In this document: positions 1 to 8,217 of the stretch, piece after piece
Numbering within the stretch: position 1 is the first letter of the stretch
How the letters are laid out: each line of letters starts with the position of its first letter
Origin: Candidatus Saccharimonadota bacterium
Lineage (GTDB): Bacteria > Pseudomonadota > Gammaproteobacteria > Enterobacterales > Enterobacteriaceae
Assembly: GCF_017656055.1 (NCBI RefSeq)
Contig: NZ_CP069383.1
Span: 60,001-92,000 of the forward strand
Reading direction: 5' to 3'
DNA: 32,000 nucleotides
Made by a program: the position numbers and the translations under genes
Notes under the pieces: generated by a model
What the model was told of the DNA's origin: nothing
The model's input: only the letters and a program-made list of their open reading frames with translations
Database searches by the model: none

Positions 1-434
1 CAAAAGCTAGAAAATTATTTAGAGAAAATAATGGATTAAGTTTAATTATGATAGATTATTTACAACTTATTAAAGTTCCTTATTTATTAAATAATAGAAC
101 TATGGAGATTACTGAAATATCTAGATCTTTAAAATCTTTAGCTAAAGAATTAAATATACCAATTATAGCCATTTCTCAATTAAATAGAAGTTTAGAATTA
201 AGATCAGATAAAAGACCAATAAATTCTGATTTAAGAGAATCAGGTTCAATTGAACAAGATGCAGATTTAATAATATTTATATATAGAGATGAAGTTTATA
301 ATATTAATAATAATAAAGGTATAACTGAAATAATATTAGGAAAACATAGAAATGGACCATTAGGATCTATTAAATTATTATTTAATAATAAATTTTCTAG
401 ATTTGAAAATTATATAGAAAGAAATGTTAAATAA
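1..434 (+). CDS. dnaB: Replicative DNA helicase DnaB, C-terminal part (5' end lies outside the window)
   Basis: The frame is open from base 3. The translation KARKLFRENNGLSLIMIDYLQLIKVP...SRSLKSLAKELNIPIIAISQLNRSLELRSDKRPINSDLRESGSIEQDADLIIFIYRDEVY matches the DnaB C-terminal RecA-like domain almost motif for motif. Stop is TAA at 432-434. Confidence 0.95.
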   Translation, partial: KARKLFRENNGLSLIMIDYLQLIKVPYLLNNRTMEITEISRSLKSLAKELNIPIIAISQLNRSLELRSDKRPINSDLRESGSIEQDADLIIFIYRDEVYNINNNKGITEIILGKHRNGPLGSIKLLFNNKFSRFENYIERNVK

Positions 435-1212
435 AAAAATTTTAATAATAGATACAATACCTCATATATATAAACTATATTATGGATTAATATTAAAGAA
501 TAAAATAAATATAAATTATGCAATAAATATAATAATTAAAAAAATAATGAATAGTATAAATAATATTAATTATATAATATTTGTTTTTGATAACCATAAT
601 ATTAATTATAGAAAAATAATTTTTAAAAAATATAAAATAAATAGAAAAAAATGTTCTACAAATTTTATATATTTAATAAATTTATTTAAAAAAAAATTAT
701 ATTTAAAAAATATAAATGTTATTTCAATACCCAATATAGAAGCTGATGATATAATAGGTACAATATCTAAACATTGTGAAAGAAATAATTTTAAAATATT
801 TATAAGTGCATATGATAAAGATATATATCAATTAATAAATGATAATATAAAAGTTATAGATATATATAATAAAGTAATAATTGATGATAATTTTATATTT
901 AATAAATATAAAATAAAATCTAAATTTATGATAGATTATATTTCATTAATTGGAGATATATCTGATAATATTAAAGGTGTATTTGGAATAGGTAAAAAAA
1001 TATCTAGTATATTAATAAATGAAATAGGAGATATAAATTCAATATATAAAAATATAAAAAAAATATATAATATTAATAAAATAAATAACTCTAATTTTGT
1101 AATAAATAATTTAATAAAATATAAAAATAATGTAATTAAAGCATATAATCTTATAAAAATAAATACTGATATATTTACAGGATATAAAATATCTGATTTT
1201 AAATTAAAATAA
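424..1212 (+). CDS. polA: 5'-3' exonuclease (FEN-like), the N-terminal domain of DNA polymerase I only; no polymerase or 3'-5' exonuclease domains
   Basis: 262 aa. Motifs EADDIIGT, SAYDKDIYQLI and LIGDISDNIKGVFGIGKKIS match Pol I EADDVIGT, STGDKDMAQLV and [20 protein letters not shown] better than they match Xni. The start ATG is embedded in the dnaB end (11-nt overlap). Confidence 0.8.
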   Translation: MLNKKILIIDTIPHIYKLYYGLILKNKININYAINIIIKKIMNSINNINYIIFVFDNHNINYRKIIFKKYKINRKKCSTNFIYLINLFKKKLYLKNINVISIPNIEADDIIGTISKHCERNNFKIFISAYDKDIYQLINDNIKVIDIYNKVIIDDNFIFNKYKIKSKFMIDYISLIGDISDNIKGVFGIGKKISSILINEIGDINSIYKNIKKIYNINKINNSNFVINNLIKYKNNVIKAYNLIKINTDIFTGYKISDFKLK

Positions 1213-1235
1213 TTTTAATTTCAATAAAAAATATA

Positions 1236-1412
1236 ATGTATAATAATTTTCAATTAGTAATATTACTATCTAAAATATCAAAAAATATTCATATTAATAA
1301 TGAAAATATATTTAATAATAATAAAAGTGTAGAAAAAGTAACTATAAAAGCATTAAAAATTAAAAATAAATATATAAATTTTAATAATTATAATGAAATT
1401 ATTATTAAATAA
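1236..1412 (+). CDS. Hypothetical small ORF (58 aa) with no recognisable family; may be a gene remnant
   Basis: ATG at 1236 and TAA at 1410-1412. Translation is MYNNFQLVILLSKISKNIHINNENIFNNNKSVEKVTIKALKIKNKYINFNNYNEIIIK. A 58-codon stop-free frame is unlikely by chance in DNA this AT-rich. It fills the only gap between polA and tilS and overlaps the tilS start by 20 nt. It is absent from the ORF track. Confidence 0.25.
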   Translation: MYNNFQLVILLSKISKNIHINNENIFNNNKSVEKVTIKALKIKNKYINFNNYNEIIIK

Positions 1413-2826
1413 TAAAAATAATAAAAAAATATATAATTTTGAAAAAGATATAAATGATAAAATATTATATATATATAATAAATATAATATAAATAATTTT
1501 TTAATATCATTTAGTGGAGGATTAGATTCAAAATTTTTATTAAAATTATTTATTAATATAAAATATAAATTAAATAATAATATTTTTATAAAAGCTATAC
1601 ATATAAATCATAATGTAAATTATAAATCAAAAATATGGGAAAAAGAATGTATAGATTTTTGTAATAAAAATAATATATTAATATATGTAGATAATATATA
1701 TATAAAAAATAGAAATAATTTAGAAAATAATTTGAGAATATTAAGATATAATAAAATAAAAAAATATATAAATAAAAATGAATTTTTAATAACAGGTCAT
1801 CATAAAAATGATAAAATAGAAAGTTTTTTTTTATTTTTAAAAAGAGGTAGTTTTATTGGTTTAAGTAGTATAAAAGAAATACGTAAAGTATTTGGAATTA
1901 AAATATTTAGTCCATTATTAATGTATACAAAAAAAAATATAATTTTTTTTTCAAAAATATTAAATATAAAAAAATTTATTATAGATAATAGTAATTTTAA
2001 TTTGTATTATGATAGAAATTTTATAAGATATAAATTAATTAAATTATTAGTTAATAAATGGCCAAATATAATTTATAAAATATGTAAAACAATTGATATT
2101 TTTTCAGATAATTTGTATTTTATAAAATATTTAATAAAAAAAAATTTTAAAAATAGATTATTACTTAATAATAAATATATATTATTAAATAATATATTTT
2201 ATATAAAATCATCTTTTTATTTAAAAATGATTATTTTAAAATGGTTAAAAATATTAAATTTAAAATATACTTTTAATTTTATAATAAATATTTATAATAT
2301 TTTAATAAAAAATTCTAGTTCTACTATTATAAAAAATAAAATATTTTTTATATATAAAGATATATTTTATTATACTAATAAATACAATAAGTTTTTTCTA
2401 AAAAAGTATGAAATAATAATAAATTATAAGAATTTAAATAAAATTATAGATATAGATAATAAAATAAAATTACCTTATAATATAGGTTTTTTAAAATTTT
2501 ATAAATTTAGAAAAAAAGAATATAATTTAAATTTTTTTAAAATAATAAATTTTAATAAAAATGATTTATTAAAAGTAAAATTTGATATAAATATAAAAAA
2601 AAAATATTTTTTTATTAAAAATAATAAAAAAAAAAAAATTTCTATTAAAGAAATATATAAAATTTTAAATATACCATTATATATAAGAAATAAAATACCA
2701 TTTATATTTATTAATAATAGATTATTATATATGTTAAATTATTTTTATAATAAAAATTACAATAAAAATAAAAATTTACATAATATAATATATGTATATT
2801 ATAAATTAAATATTAATGATTTTTAA
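1393..2826 (+). CDS. tilS: tRNA(Ile)-lysidine synthase
   Basis: 477 aa. The PP-loop motif SFSGGLDS lies near the N-terminus, followed by HINHN and GHHKND equivalents of TilS conserved blocks. Confidence 0.85.
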   Translation: MKLLLNNKNNKKIYNFEKDINDKILYIYNKYNINNFLISFSGGLDSKFLLKLFINIKYKLNNNIFIKAIHINHNVNYKSKIWEKECIDFCNKNNILIYVDNIYIKNRNNLENNLRILRYNKIKKYINKNEFLITGHHKNDKIESFFLFLKRGSFIGLSSIKEIRKVFGIKIFSPLLMYTKKNIIFFSKILNIKKFIIDNSNFNLYYDRNFIRYKLIKLLVNKWPNIIYKICKTIDIFSDNLYFIKYLIKKNFKNRLLLNNKYILLNNIFYIKSSFYLKMIILKWLKILNLKYTFNFIINIYNILIKNSSSTIIKNKIFFIYKDIFYYTNKYNKFFLKKYEIIINYKNLNKIIDIDNKIKLPYNIGFLKFYKFRKKEYNLNFFKIINFNKNDLLKVKFDINIKKKYFFIKNNKKKKISIKEIYKILNIPLYIRNKIPFIFINNRLLYMLNYFYNKNYNKNKNLHNIIYVYYKLNINDF

Positions 2827-2827
2827 T

Positions 2828-2898
2828 TGGAGTTAAGCGGAGTCGAACCGCTACATTTTGATTGCAAATCAAATATTCTACCTTTAAATTATAACCCC
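2828..2898 (-). tRNA. tRNA-Ala (anticodon UGC)
   Basis: Hand-folded cloverleaf, 71 nt. Acceptor is GGGGTTA/TAACTCC with the G3:U70 alanine identity pair. Anticodon arm is TTTGA-TTTGCAA-TCAAA and T arm is AGCGG-TTCGACT-CCGCT. CCA is not encoded. Confidence 0.9.
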
Positions 2899-2903
2899 CT
2901 CTT

Positions 2904-2977
2904 TAGGTTTGAGTGGATTTGAACCACTGACCTCACCCTTATCAGGGGTGTGCTCTACCAGTCTAAGCTACAAACCT
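2904..2977 (-). tRNA. tRNA-Ile (anticodon GAU)
   Basis: Hand-folded cloverleaf, 74 nt. Acceptor is AGGTTTG/CAAACCT, anticodon arm is CACCC-CTGATAA-GGGTG and T arm is AGTGG-TTCAAAT-CCACT. Confidence 0.9.
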
Positions 2978-3030
2978 ATAAATATATTTATAAAAAATTA
3001 TACTATATTTATTTTAAAAAGTAAAAAAAA

Positions 3031-4212
3031 ATGAAAACTAAAAATTATAATTTATTTACAAATAAAAATTTAAATAAGAATGATTTAGTAATTAATTTAA
3101 TGATAAAAGCTGGATTTATATCTAAAATTGATTCTGGATTATATATTTATTTGCCTAATGGATATATTTTATTAAGTAAAATAAAAAAAATAATAAGAGA
3201 TGAAATGAATAAAATAAATTTTTATGAATTTTATATTCCTATATTACAACCTGATTTTATATTAAAAAATAAAATTAATTATTTTAATCAATTTATAAAA
3301 ACTAATATAAAAAATAAAAATTATATATTAAGTCCTACTAATGAAGAAGAATTTATATATATTTTTTCTAATATAATAAAATCTAAAAAAAAATTTCCTA
3401 TTAAATTATTTCAAATAAATAATAAGTTTAGAAATGAAGTTAGAAATCATAATATTTTAAGATCATATGAATTTATAATGAAAGATGCTTATTCTTTACA
3501 TAAAAATTATAAATGTTTAGATGAAACTTATTTAAATGTATACAAATCATATATAAATATACTAAATAGTCTTAAAATAAAATTTTTTATAACAAAACAA
3601 AAATATGATAATTATATAAATAGTAATTTTTCACATGAATTTTATTCATTATCTTATAATAATAATAAAAATTATAATCTAAACAATAATGATATAGAAT
3701 ATATAAATTTTGATATTAATAAATATAATAATTCTTTTATAGAAATAGCTCATATTTTTAAAATAGGTGAAAAAAAATTATTTTTTAAAGTAAATGAAAA
3801 TTTATATATAAATTCTTATGGTATAGGTATATCTAGAATTTTTTATACATTAATAGAACAAAATATTATTAATAATAAATTAATATTACCATATTCTATA
3901 TCAATATTTATTGTATCAATAATAATAATAAATTTTAATAATTTAAAAATTTATAAGTTTTCTAATTTTTTATATAAAAAATTAAATGAAAATAATATTA
4001 AAGTTTTATTAAATAATAAAAAATGTAGTTATGGAGAATCAATAAATAATTCTGAATTATTAGGAATACCTATAATATTAATATTAAGTGAAAATAATTT
4101 AAAAAAAAATAATATTGAAATTAAATTAAGAATTAAAAATGAAGTACATATTATTAATATTAAAAAAATTTTAGATTTTATTATAAATGAAATAAAATCT
4201 AATTTTTATTAA
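3031..4212 (+). CDS. proS: Prolyl-tRNA synthetase, short form lacking the INS editing insertion
   Basis: 393 aa. The N-terminus resembles E. coli ProRS (LMIKAGFISKIDSGLYIYLPNG vs [22 protein letters not shown]). Motif 2 is FRNEVRNHNILRSYEFIMKDAYS and motif 3 is YGIGISRIFYTLIEQ. An anticodon-binding C-terminus is present. Confidence 0.9.
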   Translation: MKTKNYNLFTNKNLNKNDLVINLMIKAGFISKIDSGLYIYLPNGYILLSKIKKIIRDEMNKINFYEFYIPILQPDFILKNKINYFNQFIKTNIKNKNYILSPTNEEEFIYIFSNIIKSKKKFPIKLFQINNKFRNEVRNHNILRSYEFIMKDAYSLHKNYKCLDETYLNVYKSYINILNSLKIKFFITKQKYDNYINSNFSHEFYSLSYNNNKNYNLNNNDIEYINFDINKYNNSFIEIAHIFKIGEKKLFFKVNENLYINSYGIGISRIFYTLIEQNIINNKLILPYSISIFIVSIIIINFNNLKIYKFSNFLYKKLNENNIKVLLNNKKCSYGESINNSELLGIPIILILSENNLKKNNIEIKLRIKNEVHIINIKKILDFIINEIKSNFY

Positions 4213-5539
4213 TAAATAAATTATATAATTTATTATTATTTTGTATTAATTTAAATAATATTATAGATAATTTATTTATATTATTATCAGTAAAACATAA
4301 TAATTTTTTTATAATATTATTATAATAATTTATATTTTTTTCATATTCTAATTTTAAATATTGATTTTTTATATCATCTGTAATTTTATTAAATATTATT
4401 TCTATCATTATTTTATTATTAGGATAATTTATTTTATTTATATTATTGAATTTTTTATTAATTATTTTTAAAAATTTTATATTTTTTATAAAAATTATTG
4501 ATTTTCCAGATCTTCCTGCTCTACCAGTTCTTCCTATTCTATGTATATATGTTTCTAAATTATTTGGTGAATCATAGTTTATAACTAAATTAATATTATC
4601 TATATCTATACCTCTTGATGCTATATCTGTAGCTACTAATATATCAATTTTTGATTTTTTAAATAATTCTATAGTTCTTTCTCTTATTTTTTGTATTAAA
4701 TCTCCATTTAAATAACTAGTATTATAACCTAAATTTTTTAAATAATTAGACAATTCTATTGTAGATATTTTTCTATTTACAAATATTATTATAGATCCTA
4801 AATTTTTATTTATTTCTATCATTTTTGTAAGTATTAAATTCTTATTATTATCATTATTTATTATACAATATTCTTGTTTTATATTAGGTTTTATATCAAA
4901 TTTATTTTCTACAGTTATTTTTTTATATTTTTTTATTATTTTATCTATTATATTAGTATATATATAGTTAGGCATTGTAGCTGAAAATAATATTATTTGA
5001 TATTTATTTTTTATATTACTTAATATAAATTTTATATCATTTATAAAACCCATTTTTAACATTTCATCAGATTCATCTATAACAACAATAGATATATTAT
5101 TTATATTTAAATTTTTTTTTTTTATGTGATCTATTATTCTTCCTGGAGTACCAATTATTATTTGAGGATTTTTTTTTAATATTTCTAATTGATTTGTATA
5201 TCCAACTCCACCATATAAATTAGCTATTTTAATTTTATTTATATCATTAATAAATATTTTAAAAACTTTTTCAACTTGTAAAGATAATTCTCTAGTTGGT
5301 TCTAATATAATTATATTTATATTTTTATTATATAAAATTTCAAGTATAGGTAAAACAAAAGATAAAGTTTTTCCACTACCGGTATTTGCTATTCCAACTA
5401 TATTTATATTATTTAATATTTCTGGTATACATTTTATTTGTACTGGAAATGGTTTATAGTTTAAATTATTTATTTTATCAATTAAAAATTTATTATTTAT
5501 TCCTAAATCATTAAAAGATAAATTATTATTATTTTTCAT
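4199..5539 (-). CDS. deaD: DEAD-box ATP-dependent RNA helicase (DeaD/CsdA by synteny with pnp)
   Basis: 446 aa. Q-motif region, Walker A ANTGSGKT, motif II as DESD (VVIDESDEM), SAT, and HRIGRTGRAGRSG. It lies immediately downstream of pnp, as in E. coli (pnp-nlpI-deaD). Confidence 0.85.
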   Translation of the reverse strand: MKNNNNLSFNDLGINNKFLIDKINNLNYKPFPVQIKCIPEILNNINIVGIANTGSGKTLSFVLPILEILYNKNINIIILEPTRELSLQVEKVFKIFINDINKIKIANLYGGVGYTNQLEILKKNPQIIIGTPGRIIDHIKKKNLNINNISIVVIDESDEMLKMGFINDIKFILSNIKNKYQIILFSATMPNYIYTNIIDKIIKKYKKITVENKFDIKPNIKQEYCIINNDNNKNLILTKMIEINKNLGSIIIFVNRKISTIELSNYLKNLGYNTSYLNGDLIQKIRERTIELFKKSKIDILVATDIASRGIDIDNINLVINYDSPNNLETYIHRIGRTGRAGRSGKSIIFIKNIKFLKIINKKFNNINKINYPNNKIMIEIIFNKITDDIKNQYLKLEYEKNINYYNNIIKKLLCFTDNNINKLSIILFKLIQNNNKLYNLFINKN

Positions 5540-7601
5540 TTTTTAATATATTAAATATAATTTTTTTATTATTGTTTATATTAATAATTTTAACTTTTAC
5601 TTCTTCATTTATATTAAAATTATTGTTTTTTATGTTATAATTTACAAAAAATTGTTTATTTATTTTTTTTATATATAAAATAATTCCTTTATTATTTTTT
5701 TTTATTATTTTACCAAAATATATATCTCCTATTTTTGGTATAAATAATAAATTATTTATTTTTTCTAAAGTTAAATTTAATTTTTCCTTATTATTTGACA
5801 ATATTTTTATTGTTCCATCATTATCAATATCTATTTCAGAATTTGTTTCATTTATTATTTTTTTTATTACATTACCGCCTTTGCCAATTATATTTTTTAT
5901 ATAATTAACATCAATTTTTATTATTTTAAATATAGGTAAATTTTTTGATATTTTATTAGGCTTAGATATCTTATAATTCATTTTTTCTAATATATTCTTA
6001 ATAGATTTTTTGGCTTCAAAAAATACATTTCTAATTAAATCTACATTTATATTATTACATATTTTTACATCCATTTGTAAAGCACTTATATAATTACAAT
6101 TACCAGATATTTTCATATCCATATCTCCATAATTATCTTCTTCACCTGTTATATCTGACAATATTATATATTCATTATTATCTATAAATATTAATCCCAT
6201 AGCAACTCCAGCAATATGTTCTTTGGATATTCCTAAATTCATAAGAGCTAAAGAAGCTCCACAAACAGATGCCATAGATGAAGATCCATCTGATTCAAAT
6301 ATTTCTGATACCAATCTTATAGTATATGGAAAATTATTACTTTCTGGTATTATAGGAAAAATAGAATTGTATGCTAATTTTCCATGTCCTATTTCTCTTC
6401 TTTTAGGAAAGCTTAAAAAACCAATTTCTCCAAAACAATAATTTAAAAAATTATAATGAAAAATAAAATTTTTATTTTTTAAAGAAATATTTTTATTATC
6501 ATTACCTAATGTTATAGTAATTAATGATTGAGTATTTTCTTTAATAAATAAACATGAACTATGTGTTTTAGGTAATATATTAAATATTACATTTATATCT
6601 CTTATTTCATTATATTTTCTATTATCTAATCTTATAGAATTTTTATATATAAAATATCTAAATTTTTCTTTTATATTTTTATTTAAGTACTTTAGAATAT
6701 CATCTTCATTATAATTTGAAGACAAAATATTATTTATATCTAATAATAATTTTTTTTTTATATTATTTATTTCTAATATTCTATTATTTTTATTTTTTAT
6801 ATTAAATAAATTATTAATTTTCTTATTTGTTAAATTATATACAATATTTTTTAAATAAAAATCTTTATATATGTTACTAATATTATATTTTTTTTTATTT
6901 ATATTATTATTCTTATAATATTTATATACAAATTCTTTTATATTATATATTATTAATTTAGAATTATTTATAGAAAAATCTATAGAATCTAATATTATGT
7001 TATAATCAATTAGATTTGATTTAGATTCTATCATAGTTATAGAGTTTTCATTACCTGATATTATAATATTTAAATCATTTTTTTCATATAAACTTATATT
7101 TGGATTTATTATAAATTTATTATTTTTATCAATAGATAATCTAATACAAAATATAGGATCAAAATTATTTATTAAAATACTTAATGCTGAAGAAACTCCT
7201 ATTATAGATATAATATCAGGATTAACATCCTCTTCCATTGATAAAGCAATAACAGTTATATATAATTCATTATTATAATTAGTTATATTTGTTAATGAAG
7301 GTCTTATAGATCTATCTATTAATCTAGATATTAATATTTCATTTTCATTTTGTCTTATTTCTCTATTTAATGCATTATTAGGAAATTTTCCTAATGAATA
7401 TGATCTTTCATAATAATTAACTGTTAATGGAAAAAAATCATTATTTTTTTTTTTTTCTATTTCTAATATAGAAATTATAACTTTTGTATCATTTATACTT
7501 ATAAAAACAGAAGATGAAGAATTCCTACATATTAATCCTGTTTCTATTTTTATTTTTTTATTATTATAATTAAATTCATGTATTATTTTTTTATTTATCA
7601 A
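5529..7601 (-). CDS. pnp: Polynucleotide phosphorylase
   Basis: 690 aa, alignable to E. coli PNPase from residue 1 (FFPLTVNYYERSY, RLIDRSIRP, GEEDNYGDMDMKISG). It has the KH motif IIGKGGNVIKKI and a C-terminal S1 domain. The start codon is TTG (7601-7599). Confidence 0.95.
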   Translation of the reverse strand: MINKKIIHEFNYNNKKIKIETGLICRNSSSSVFISINDTKVIISILEIEKKKNNDFFPLTVNYYERSYSLGKFPNNALNREIRQNENEILISRLIDRSIRPSLTNITNYNNELYITVIALSMEEDVNPDIISIIGVSSALSILINNFDPIFCIRLSIDKNNKFIINPNISLYEKNDLNIIISGNENSITMIESKSNLIDYNIILDSIDFSINNSKLIIYNIKEFVYKYYKNNNINKKKYNISNIYKDFYLKNIVYNLTNKKINNLFNIKNKNNRILEINNIKKKLLLDINNILSSNYNEDDILKYLNKNIKEKFRYFIYKNSIRLDNRKYNEIRDINVIFNILPKTHSSCLFIKENTQSLITITLGNDNKNISLKNKNFIFHYNFLNYCFGEIGFLSFPKRREIGHGKLAYNSIFPIIPESNNFPYTIRLVSEIFESDGSSSMASVCGASLALMNLGISKEHIAGVAMGLIFIDNNEYIILSDITGEEDNYGDMDMKISGNCNYISALQMDVKICNNINVDLIRNVFFEAKKSIKNILEKMNYKISKPNKISKNLPIFKIIKIDVNYIKNIIGKGGNVIKKIINETNSEIDIDNDGTIKILSNNKEKLNLTLEKINNLLFIPKIGDIYFGKIIKKNNKGIILYIKKINKQFFVNYNIKNNNFNINEEVKVKIININNNKKIIFNILKNEK

Positions 7602-7607
7602 AATTAA

Positions 7608-7614
7608 TCCTCTT
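7608..7614 (-). promoter_or_regulatory. Shine-Dalgarno site (AAGAGGA) for pnp
   Basis: The minus strand reads AAGAGGA-TTAATT-TTG. This is the only G/C-containing motif in the 35-nt rpsO-pnp spacer, and its 6-nt spacing to the TTG start is canonical. Confidence 0.7.
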
Positions 7615-7636
7615 ATTTTTTTGTTTAATATAAAAA

Positions 7637-7816
7637 TTATACTTTTTTATTTTTTTTAATATATTTCAAAATTTTTTTTTTTTTAGATATTAATAATATA
7701 AAACCTCTTTTACTATGTAAATCTTTTTTATTTTTTAAAAAATGTATTTTTAACTTTTCTATTTTATTATTTATATTATCAAAATATTTTTTTAAAAAAA
7801 TATTGTTTTTTATCAT
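7637..7816 (-). CDS. rpsO: 30S ribosomal protein S15, shortened (59 aa)
   Basis: Hand translation is [59 protein letters not shown]. The block [27 protein letters not shown] matches S15 [32 protein letters not shown]. It sits between rbfA and pnp as in E. coli. It is absent from the ORF track. Confidence 0.85.
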   Translation of the reverse strand: MIKNNIFLKKYFDNINNKIEKLKIHFLKNKKDLHSKRGFILLISKKKKILKYIKKNKKV

Positions 7817-7846
7817 AATATTTTTTTTATTTATTTTTAAAAAATT

Positions 7847-8212
7847 TTAATTATATTTTAATAAATTATTTTTTAATAATTTATATATATTATAACCTTT
7901 ATCTATAGAATCATCATATATAAAAATATATTTAGAAGGAAATTTTTTCAATTTTATATTTTTATATATATTTTTTTTTATAAAATTAATAGTTTTATTT
8001 AAAATATTAATTTTTTTATATATATTTTTTGAATTAATATTTTCATTATAAGGTAATAAAAAATATATTTTTATTAATTCAAAATTTTTAGTTATTTTAA
8101 CATCTATAATAGATATATTTTTTATTCTAATATCATTTATATATTTTTTAAAAATTATAGATATTTTATATTTAAATTCATTAGAAATTTTATCTATAAA
8201 ATAATTTTTCAT
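7847..8212 (-). CDS. rbfA: Ribosome-binding factor A
   Basis: 121 aa. The C-terminal block KLKKFPSKYIFIYDDSIDKGYNIYKLL matches RbfA [25 protein letters not shown]. It lies directly downstream of infB. Confidence 0.8.
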   Translation of the reverse strand: MKNYFIDKISNEFKYKISIIFKKYINDIRIKNISIIDVKITKNFELIKIYFLLPYNENINSKNIYKKINILNKTINFIKKNIYKNIKLKKFPSKYIFIYDDSIDKGYNIYKLLKNNLLKYN

Positions 8213-8217
8213 CTTTT

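Noticed and set aside
2626-2638. Frameshifted (split) genes at long homopolymer tracts
   Set aside because: I checked the long A/T runs in tilS, pnp, infB and rsmA. In each case the reading frame continues through the tract and homology persists on both sides, so none is a visible frameshift pseudogene.
3031-4212. proS as a pseudogene because it is about 180 aa shorter than E. coli ProRS
   Set aside because: The frame is intact. Motifs 1-3 and the anticodon-binding domain are retained, and the missing segment corresponds cleanly to the dispensable INS editing domain. A functional short enzyme is the more likely reading.
6223-6441. 72-aa ORF on the plus strand, listed in the ORF track
   Set aside because: It lies entirely antisense to the most conserved, least AT-rich part of pnp. 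It has no recognisable motifs and is best explained as a shadow ORF created by the codon bias of the real gene.
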